64,000 nucleotides of DNA from Akkermansiaceae bacterium. Its GTDB lineage: Bacteria; Verrucomicrobiota; Verrucomicrobiia; Verrucomicrobiales; Akkermansiaceae. The notes under the pieces were generated by a model. The model worked only from the letters and a program-made list of their open reading frames with translations, did not search any database and was not told where the DNA came from. Positions 20,065 to 28,400 of this stretch are shown in pieces. Position numbers and translations under genes: made by a program. The stretch lies in NCBI GenBank assembly GCA_022510805.1, contig JAFLSS010000003.1:1323-65322 (forward strand). The letters run 5' to 3'. Within the stretch, counting starts at the first letter, position 1. Each line of letters opens with the position of its first letter.

Positions 20065-20946
20065 ATGACGCCATTTATTCGCCGATACAGCTCCGCCGAG
20101 GACGCGCGCCGCCACAGCAGCCTGCGCAAGGTGCCCTCGCTTGTCTGGAAGCGCTTTGAGGATAAGCACGAGCTGCGGATCAGCTTCTTTGAGCCGGAGG
20201 GGCACAGCGCAGCGCAGCGCACGCCGGCGGTCATGTTCTACTACGGCGGCATGTGGGCGCTGGAATATGAGGAGGAGTTTGTGGCCTGGGCCACTCACTT
20301 GGCCAGCCGCGGCGTCGCCTGCTTTATCCCTGAGTATCGCAACCGCGCCCGCTTTGATGTGACGGCGGACGAGATTGTGCAAGAGGGGATCGAGGCCTGG
20401 CAGTGGCTGCACTCCCAAGCGGAGAATCTGGGCATCGACCCGCGGCGCATCACCCTGGCTGGGGCAGATGCCGGCGGGCTCATGGCGCTCAATGCCGCCA
20501 TGCAGCCCATCGTGCGCAAGCGCAGCTGGTGGCGCTGGGGGAGCCAGGATGAGCTGCCTCTCATGCCGGCCTGTGTGGTGATTTTCCGCGGGGTAGTGGA
20601 TACCGAAGCACCGGAGGCGCGCATGCTGCGCGTGCAGGTGGAAGCGCCGGAGCCGGACAAGATCAACCCCTGCGCCCTGCTGCGCAGGAAGCTCCCGCCG
20701 CTCTTTTGTGTGCACGGCATGCTCGACCCGCTGCTCGATTATGAGATGCGTGAGTGGTTTTGCGAGGAGTGGAAGCGCCACGGCAACAAGGCGGAGCTCA
20801 TCCTCTGCCCGCAGGCAGACCACACCCTCACGCATTTTGCGGTCAATCCGGTAGTCTTTGAGCAAGTGCTGCGCGAGTGGGAGATCTTCATGGTGGAGCT
20901 GGGGCTCTGGCCGGAGGAAACGATCGGCGAGTGTTCGCTGGTGTGA
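20065..20946 (+). CDS. Alpha/beta-hydrolase fold protein (Abhydrolase_3/HSL-like) with an atypical nucleophile elbow
   Basis: YGGMW sits where the family has HGGG/W. GADAGG sits where it has GDSAGG. A C-terminal DPLLD and ADHTL supply the Asp/His candidates. Confidence 0.7.
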   Translation: MTPFIRRYSSAEDARRHSSLRKVPSLVWKRFEDKHELRISFFEPEGHSAAQRTPAVMFYYGGMWALEYEEEFVAWATHLASRGVACFIPEYRNRARFDVTADEIVQEGIEAWQWLHSQAENLGIDPRRITLAGADAGGLMALNAAMQPIVRKRSWWRWGSQDELPLMPACVVIFRGVVDTEAPEARMLRVQVEAPEPDKINPCALLRRKLPPLFCVHGMLDPLLDYEMREWFCEEWKRHGNKAELILCPQADHTLTHFAVNPVVFEQVLREWEIFMVELGLWPEETIGECSLV

Positions 20947-21005
20947 CGAGCCGCCGCTAGTTGTTATGAAACATGTTGAGCGGCGGCGGGGTCATACTGC
21001 ACGCT

Positions 21006-22493
21006 ATGAAGACCGCTTACCGCACACTCGCCATGGCAGCCGCCCTGGCCGCCGCCGCACAGGGGCAGACCGCCCTGCAATATGTGGAAACCATGTTCGG
21101 GTGGGATCCCTACGCCGGCAATCCCTCCCAAGTGTCGGGCAGCCTGCGCCGCGGGCTTGCCACGCATGAGCAGCAGTCGCGCCGCTACCCCGGCGTGCCC
21201 ACACATGAGAGTATTCTCCGGCAGGTAGAGCGCTACCTCTCCGGCACTGATAAAGCCCCGCGCTGCCACGGCTGGCGCCTGCTGCCCTCCACGCCGCAGC
21301 GCTTTATGCCATACCTGGACAGCATCTTTGTGCCGGGCAACACCTGCGCAGAGCCCTGCGGCATCATCTCCGAAGATGCGCTCTCCACCTCTGCCCAGCG
21401 CGTAAAGACAGCCCTCTCGCGCGTGGGCTTGCAGTACAACCTGACCCTCTCTGCCAACTACACGGCCCTGCCCCAGCACTTCACCGGCCGGCAGCGCGAC
21501 TTTATGGCATTCAACAATGTGGCCAACTTCACCTGGTTCCTGCTCAAGCACTGCGATGACACGCAGGGCTTATTCCTCTCGCTGGAGATGGATTGGGGGC
21601 CGGGGGTGAACTACAACGAGCGCAAGCGCAGCGCCCAAGGCTCCATCGGCTCGCTGAGCAACCCGCAGGGCAGCCTGCGCGGCGGGAATGGCGTGTTTAT
21701 CCCCAACCTCGCTTTGGGCTATAGCGCGTTTGACGGCAAGTGGGTGGGCATGGTCGGCACCATCGACACCACGGACTTTCTCGACCAGAACGCCTACTCC
21801 GCCAGCTGGAGCGGCAACCTCACTAATGAGGCGTTCAATTTCAACCCCTGTCTTCCGCTGGAGTGGGCAAACTGGGGCTACCTGACCGCCTGGCAGCCCT
21901 GCAAGCATTTCTACACCATGTACGCCACCACGGGCTGCAATGGCAAGATCAACCACAACCCCTTCCCCTATATCAGCAGCAACGCTTGGGTACACATCGG
22001 CGAGATTGGCCTGATTACGGATAACTTCCTCGGCCTCGGCCCCGGCACGTACCGCTTTCAGTACACCAGCACCCGCTACCGCAAGGAGAATGGCTCCGGC
22101 GTGGCGCTCAACTTTCAGCAGCGCCTCGGCGCCTCATCCCACCTGGGTGCGTTTACCCGCTGCGGCTTGCTGGATGAGGATGCCGCCACGGTGAGCAATG
22201 TGCGCGCCTGTATGACGGGTGGGCTGGTGCTGCAGGCGCCGTTTCGCTCCAGCGGCTGGGGCAGCAAGTCCAACAATGACCAAGTGGCGCTGGGCTTTTT
22301 GTGGGAGCGCGCCGCCCGCTCGGCCAAGCCCTACATGAACAAAGATGAATACGGACTCGAGCTCTCGGCGGTCATGCAGCTCACCCCCACCTTCTACCTC
22401 CAGCCCGATGTGCAGTACATCTTTAACCCCGTGCATGAGACCTCACACGCCGGCGCGCTGGTGCTTCAGCTGCAAGGCGTACTCAAGTTCTGA
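21006..22493 (+). CDS. Carbohydrate-selective porin, OprB family
   Basis: Signal peptide MKTAYRTLAMAAALAAAAQG. OprB-like C-terminus LTPTFYLQPDVQYIFNP... ending in LKF. Confidence 0.7.
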   Translation: MKTAYRTLAMAAALAAAAQGQTALQYVETMFGWDPYAGNPSQVSGSLRRGLATHEQQSRRYPGVPTHESILRQVERYLSGTDKAPRCHGWRLLPSTPQRFMPYLDSIFVPGNTCAEPCGIISEDALSTSAQRVKTALSRVGLQYNLTLSANYTALPQHFTGRQRDFMAFNNVANFTWFLLKHCDDTQGLFLSLEMDWGPGVNYNERKRSAQGSIGSLSNPQGSLRGGNGVFIPNLALGYSAFDGKWVGMVGTIDTTDFLDQNAYSASWSGNLTNEAFNFNPCLPLEWANWGYLTAWQPCKHFYTMYATTGCNGKINHNPFPYISSNAWVHIGEIGLITDNFLGLGPGTYRFQYTSTRYRKENGSGVALNFQQRLGASSHLGAFTRCGLLDEDAATVSNVRACMTGGLVLQAPFRSSGWGSKSNNDQVALGFLWERAARSAKPYMNKDEYGLELSAVMQLTPTFYLQPDVQYIFNPVHETSHAGALVLQLQGVLKF

Positions 22494-22513
22494 GCCCATG
22501 CCGCGCCCCGCTG

Positions 22514-22541
22514 CAGGGGAGGGGGATACCCCCCTCCCCTG
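22514..22541. terminator. Bidirectional hairpin between the convergent porin and integrase genes
   Basis: CAGGGGAGGGGG (22514-22525) and CCCCCTCCCCTG (22530-22541), with a 4-nt loop. Confidence 0.45.
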
Positions 22542-22549
22542 AGGGGTGC

Positions 22550-23650
22550 TTATTTGGAAATGGGGGAGTCCTTGGGGACTCCTAATGCCCAAAATGCTTT
22601 GGCGCTCTTGGCAGTCACGCCGTCCATGGCCAGGTAGCGCGTGCGGAGGAGCTCCAGAGAGGTGTGCCCCATATCAACCTGTAGCGCTGTCAAATCCTTG
22701 AAAAACTTTAGGTGATAAGAGGCAAAGGTGTGGCGCAGGATATCGGGCACCCAATCTGTGCACCCGGCTTCCTGCCGCAAGTTGTACCAGCGCTTGGCCC
22801 ATGTGCGCGGCACGATGGGAGCGGAGGGGGTGAAGTAATACATGCAATTGCGCAGCCAGTAAAAGAGCGGGGGGTACATGGTGACCTGGCGCGCGCCACC
22901 TGTTTTGGCATGCGCGGCGGGGATGGTGATCACCCGGTCTTCGAAGCTGATGTCGCTCTGGTGCAGGCGCAGGATCTCCGTGGGGCGCACGCCGGCCCAG
23001 AGCATGATGCCCAGCGCCGGCGCACAGGCGAGGTGGCGCTCCAGCAGGGAGGTGCGCAGCAGCGTGCTCACCTGCTCGATGGTGAGCACGCGGATGGGCT
23101 GCTCCTCATAGGGCGGCAGCACCACCAGATCCAGCGGGTTCGTGTCGCACCAGCCGTGGAGCCGCGCGTAGGAAAAGAGTGAGTGCAGAATCCGCCGCGC
23201 CTTGCGCCGCATCGGCACGGTCTTGAACACATACTCGATGCTGTGCTGGCAAAAATCTGAGGAGATCTCATTCATGCGCAGCCGGTTCCACTCCGGCATC
23301 TCGGCCACGAGGCGGTTGCACATCTGGCGCACTTCCTCAAAGGTGCGTGATTTGACGCTCGATTTGTATGTCTTATACCCGCGCACCGCTTCTTCGAAGG
23401 TGACGCTGCGCTGTGTCTGCTCAAAGGCGCACACGCCCAGCTTGATCACATGCCGGCAGTGCGTGAGCACGTTGGACATATCTCCCCCGCCCTCCCCCGG
23501 ACACTCCTCGAGCAACTCCATGATGAGCCGCACTGCATCTGTCGATTGCAGCTGCACATCCTTGAGCAGAAAATCAGCGGCTGTCTCATTAGACGTAATG
23601 ACAGTCTTGAGTTCACCCAAATCCAGAGGTAAGTCGTCGCTATTGCACAT
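22550..23650 (-). CDS. Tyrosine-type site-specific recombinase/integrase
   Basis: 366 aa. The catalytic set is present: AGVRPTEI (Arg), LRHTFAS (His-x-x-Arg), MGHTS (His) and RTRYL (Tyr). Confidence 0.85.
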   Translation of the reverse strand: MCNSDDLPLDLGELKTVITSNETAADFLLKDVQLQSTDAVRLIMELLEECPGEGGGDMSNVLTHCRHVIKLGVCAFEQTQRSVTFEEAVRGYKTYKSSVKSRTFEEVRQMCNRLVAEMPEWNRLRMNEISSDFCQHSIEYVFKTVPMRRKARRILHSLFSYARLHGWCDTNPLDLVVLPPYEEQPIRVLTIEQVSTLLRTSLLERHLACAPALGIMLWAGVRPTEILRLHQSDISFEDRVITIPAAHAKTGGARQVTMYPPLFYWLRNCMYYFTPSAPIVPRTWAKRWYNLRQEAGCTDWVPDILRHTFASYHLKFFKDLTALQVDMGHTSLELLRTRYLAMDGVTAKSAKAFWALGVPKDSPISK

Positions 23651-23773
23651 TGCGTACTATTCTACCTCTTTTTTTTCATTTCATCTACAATATCAAAAAA
23701 TTTTTTTTTAGATACTGAATATCAAAGCCTCAAAATTTGACCCATTTTAGCAAAACGTATCCGCCCCTGCATT

Positions 23774-23848
23774 TTTGCGCTCCAAAACACCCTTGCAAAA
23801 CGGCTGCAGCTCGCTTGTGGAGCGGGTTTGCGGCGTTTTGGGCGCAAA
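23774..23848. repeat. Imperfect inverted repeat in the TerL-integrase spacer
   Basis: TTTGCGCTCCAAAAC (23774-23788) faces GTTTTGGGCGCAAA (23835-23848). Nested partial inverted repeats surround a CTGCAG core. Confidence 0.5.
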
Positions 23849-23880
23849 TGAAGGGATGTGAAAAAATGCGAAAAAAAGCC

Positions 23881-25494
23881 TCACATGCGTGCTAAGCGCG
23901 GCGTATGGTGCAGAGTAAGAGGCACTACGAGACCGTGGCTAAGAGCCTCGGCAAACATGCGCGCAGCGTCGGCGCTGTGTGAAAATGCATCATGCACGGG
24001 CACTTCGCGGACTGCGCCTGAGGCGCCGGGCGGGGCGGTGTGGTACATCTCCAGGCAGGTGAGCCCGGAGGGTTCTTTGTCACCGCGCGGGGAGAGGCGC
24101 ACCGCCAGCGTATCGCGGTGAAACCAGCTCTGCGCGAGCAGGCTGCGCAGGGTGTTGATCCCGCGCCACACATCCGGCGTGCGCGGCACCACACGCACCG
24201 CGGAGATGCCGCAGTGGGCCAAGCTCTCCACATAGGACTGGCCGTGCGGGTCGCGGTGGGCGGCATCATGCGGCAGGAAATGCGCGCCGATGCGGCCGTA
24301 GCGCTGCTCCCACTCGTGGATTTTGGCGGCATAATGCTCAAGGGGGAGCTGATTGGCCGCGTAGTGGTTGAGCCAGTAGATCTGCCCGCCGTAGCGCTGC
24401 ACCAGCCAGATGGCCGTGTGGTCGCTCAGGCCGAGATCCCACGAGGTGTAGAACGGCTCAGCCGGGTTGGGCTCAAAATCCGCCCCCACGCGGCCTTGCT
24501 CGCGCAGCAGCGCGATCTGCGAGCCGTAGATGGCGCCGTCATTGCCGGTGGAGAAGGCCTCTTGCGGGGAGGAGGGGTACTCTTGGCGCATGGCAGCGCC
24601 CATCATGCGCTCCATGCGGGCATACCAGAGCTTCTGGCCGTGGCTCAGGGAGATACCGCTCTCGGACTCCAGCTTCTCGAAATAGGCCGCCAGCTCATCG
24701 CTCCACCCGCGGTGTGAGCCCGAGAGGCTGTAGTCCGGGTTGTCAAACCAGCTGAAGAAAAAGAAGCGAAAATCCAGCGGCGAGAGCCGGTGATCCTTGG
24801 CGTTGTTCTCCATGGCGCGCAGCAGCATCTCGTAATTCACGCCGTAGCGGCCGCCCTCATGGGTGCTCTCGAGGATGATGGTACCCTCTGCCGGCACGGT
24901 GTTGATGGCGCCGGTGCGGATTTCTCGGGCGCGCCACGGGGCGTGCACTGACACGTGTGCCAGCTCTGACACGTGCAGCAGCTGGAGGGTGCCGCCGCGC
25001 AGGGTGGTGCCGAGCCGCACATCGCTCCCATTGCTGAAGCTGAGGCGGGAGCGCGCATCGGAAGGCAGGCGCCACTCACCCCGCTTCTGCACGCCGGAGC
25101 CCTGCTTGATGAGGCGGCCGAGCAGGGCGAGCGCCTGCTCGGAGGAGTCAGCGGAGGGAGGCGCGTAGTCGAGGTGCTCCCACGCGAAGCGGATTTTTTC
25201 GAGCTTCTGCTCGGCATCCGGCAGAGTTTTGTCGATGATGCCTGCGTGGAAATTGGGCGTGAAGAGGCAGCGGTCGAGAATCAGCATGGCCACATAGGTG
25301 GAGATGCCGAGCTGGCGCGCTTTGAGGATGGCATTGCGGTGCCACAGGCAGCGGTGAAGCCGCAGCTGCGCGGCATTGAGCGTGAAGCGCTGCAAGTGGC
25401 CGGCTTTATTCTCGATCCAGTAGAGGTGCTGGAGGCGCCAGAGCGGGTCTGCCAAGCGCTCACGCAGGGCGGGGTGTTGGAGGGAATCCATCAT
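23881..25494 (-). CDS. Phage terminase large subunit (TerL)-like protein
   Basis: 537 aa. ATPase motif ILKARQLGISTY is preceded by LNAAQ. The RNaseH-like nuclease part has WDLGLSDHTAIW, HDAAHRD and HDAFSHSADAARM. The start overlaps the stop of the giant ORF (ATGA). Confidence 0.8.
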   Translation of the reverse strand: MMDSLQHPALRERLADPLWRLQHLYWIENKAGHLQRFTLNAAQLRLHRCLWHRNAILKARQLGISTYVAMLILDRCLFTPNFHAGIIDKTLPDAEQKLEKIRFAWEHLDYAPPSADSSEQALALLGRLIKQGSGVQKRGEWRLPSDARSRLSFSNGSDVRLGTTLRGGTLQLLHVSELAHVSVHAPWRAREIRTGAINTVPAEGTIILESTHEGGRYGVNYEMLLRAMENNAKDHRLSPLDFRFFFFSWFDNPDYSLSGSHRGWSDELAAYFEKLESESGISLSHGQKLWYARMERMMGAAMRQEYPSSPQEAFSTGNDGAIYGSQIALLREQGRVGADFEPNPAEPFYTSWDLGLSDHTAIWLVQRYGGQIYWLNHYAANQLPLEHYAAKIHEWEQRYGRIGAHFLPHDAAHRDPHGQSYVESLAHCGISAVRVVPRTPDVWRGINTLRSLLAQSWFHRDTLAVRLSPRGDKEPSGLTCLEMYHTAPPGASGAVREVPVHDAFSHSADAARMFAEALSHGLVVPLTLHHTPRLARM

Positions 25495-28400
25495 TCTTTA
25501 TCTTTCTCTTCTGCTTCTTCCTGGGCTTTTAATCGGCGCTGGCGGGCGTTCTCACTGCGCTCACCATACTTGCGGATGCGGGATTGGCGGCGTTTTTCCT
25601 CAATGGCCTGCCGGGCGGCTTCCTCAGCAGCCTGTAGCTCACGGATGCGCGGCATCGGGTCTTCGAACTCAGCTTTTTTGATGCGGAATGGGGTGGCCAA
25701 CGGGTCGAACGGCCTCTTGGCCTTGGGGTTCTTGCGCCGCTCTTCTTCCTCCGCAGCGCGGATGGCTTCTCGGCGGCGCCTCTCGGCACGCTTGGCGCTC
25801 TCGCTCTTGCGCTTTTCCTCCTCCGCGAGCCGCTTGGCCTCCTCCTCCGGATCCGGCTGGTCAAAGGAGCGCCGCGTCTCGTCGATCACCTGATCCAAGT
25901 GATTTTCCCACGCCTGCTTTCTGGGCTGAGCTTTGCCCTGCGTCTCCACTGCCTCCGGCTCCTCCTGCTCTGCCCGGGCAGCTTTTTTCGCCGGGGCTTT
26001 CCACTCCTCCTGCAGGGTAGAGGGGCGCAGGTGCAGCTTGCGGTTGCCCGCCAGCTTGTCGTTGGAGTAGGTGAGCAGGGAGTAGAGCGGGCGCATCTTG
26101 GCATCCTTGTCGAGCATGCGGGCGGTGGTGTCGACCAGGCGCCGGAGCTCGGCGCGCGGCTTGGGCGCGCAGACCACATGCACCATGTCGCTGAGCATAT
26201 TGACCAGCGAGGCCTCGCCCATGGTGAGGCTGCCGGGCTCTGCCTGCTCCAGGGATTTGGAGAAGCCGCTATCCTCAGCCAGGCGCATGAGATACTCCTG
26301 CATGTAGGTCGTGTGGTAGTCCGTGAGGCCACTCTCGAGGGCGCTGGTGGCGATGCGGTTGATCTGCGTGAGATTGTGGCGCAGCGCCAAATCAGCCCAC
26401 TCGCCACCCTGGCGGTAGTTGTCGCGCTCGCGGGAGCGGTAAAAGAGATGCAGCGGCGCCACACTGTTGGCACCCAGCTCCTGGTCATTCTTGATCACCT
26501 CATAGCTGTCCATGTACATCCCATTGCGGCATTGCACCACGTAGGGCAGGCGCAGGTTCGGGTCACTCAGGTTGATATTGCCCGGCATGAGGCGGTACAC
26601 ATGGGAGCGGTCCTTGTTGTAGCGGTACACGGTGACAGAGTTGATGAGCGGGCTGAGATCCAGATCCGGCGAGATGCCGCGCACGCGCACACCGCACACG
26701 TTGAGCTTGCCTCCCTCTGCGGCGCCCACACTTTGCAGCACGCGCAGCAAGGGGGAGATCGGCAGCTCGATGGAGTAGTTGCGCTCCAGCCCGGGCGGTG
26801 TCTTGCCGTGCAGGCCGCCGTAGGCATCGCCATTCCAAAGCACGCCCTCCTGGGTGGAGCGCGGGTAGTTGATGGCGGCTTGGCGCAGCTCATCCAGCAG
26901 GCCGAGGTAGGACTTGGCGTGCGGCCGGGAGAGGAACTCAGGCAGCTCATCCAGCACGGGCTCGTAGGTGCAGCCGGGGGAGGTTTCCCAGCGGTCACCC
27001 CGGCGGGCGAAACTGCCGGCAGACTCCGGCACGGCGGGCACATCATCCTGCAAGCTGATGCGCAGCAGGCGGGATGTGCCGCCGGCGCCGGCCATGCTGT
27101 AGGCGTGCATCTCCGGGTGTTTTTGCAGCATATCGCCGAGCATACCCATCACCCTATCCACCGAGATATCCCCCTGCTTGTTGCGCCGCAGGGTGGAGAA
27201 ATACGGGTCCTGCTCGCAGTAATCAGCCACAGTATCGTAGAGCATGTTGTAGTGGTAATCCCCCAGCAGCTCGCGCTTCCAGCCGGCGCGGGGGTGGGCG
27301 AGCATGTACCAGAACCCGGCTTGCGGATTCTGCAGCCCCTGGTCCCCCAGCGCGCGGAAGCACCACCCGCGCTCGCAGTTGATATCCTCATTCTCGCCAA
27401 AGGCATCGCTGAGGATGGGGTCCATGAACTCATCCGGGCGGACCTTGGTGCGCGCGGCCTCGATGGCGTCCGACCAGCTGCGCAGCTTCTCAGCCGTGCG
27501 GCGGTTGGCCCAGCTGGCCAGGCGGCGGTTCTCCTCTTCCAGCTTCACGACGGGTGAATTGCGGCCGCGCCCGCGGGGGTCTATCTCCGGCTTGGGGCAG
27601 AAGGCCGACATCCCCACCCACAGTTTCACGGATTCCGGCACATCCAGCTCTTGCATCTTTGCCAGGTAGCGCACGGTGGTGTACTCTGAGAGCGCATGCG
27701 CCACGCTGGTGATGACCTCCTCATTGGGGTTAGACTTGCTCATGCGCTTGGGGATTCTGTAGAGGGGGCTAGCCAGCTGGCTATTGGGCACGCGCACATC
27801 ATCCTCGCCGAGGGCATAGCCCTGCTTCTGCAAGAACTCATGCGCCCGCAGCGGGGTGATCACATGGCTGCGCAGCTGGCGCAGCCAGTACACAAAGAAG
27901 CGCGTCTGCATGAGCGCCAGCGGCGACACGCTCGAGGTGCTGTCCACATCAAACACCGTGCTGCCATTGAGCGCCTCACTCTGCACGATGCGGGGAGTCA
28001 CGCTATCATCCGCCCCGGCATCGGCAAAACCGCGCAGGAAATGCCTGTAGGCCGCCATGTTGATACCGGGCACCAGCTTGGTGGCGGTGGAGCCCCAGAG
28101 GCGCGTGAGATCCTCTGTCGCGTCCATGCTCAGATCATCATGCAGGCAATAGCCCTCCTTGTGGCGCAGGCGATACGGCCCCGGCAGCTGCGACGGGCGG
28201 TTGATCTTGGCCAGGCGGTTCAGGTCGATAGGCGCCTGCTTGGGCAAGAAAAACAGGTGCGCATGCCCCACCAGATCATTCTCTGCGGGCTCTGCGGCGG
28301 GATACCAGCCGGTGTAGGAGCCATCCGGGCGCTGATCACGCGTGTAGGTCACGCCATCGGACTCCTCGCTCTCGGGGTGGTAATTGGTGAGCTGGCGGTA

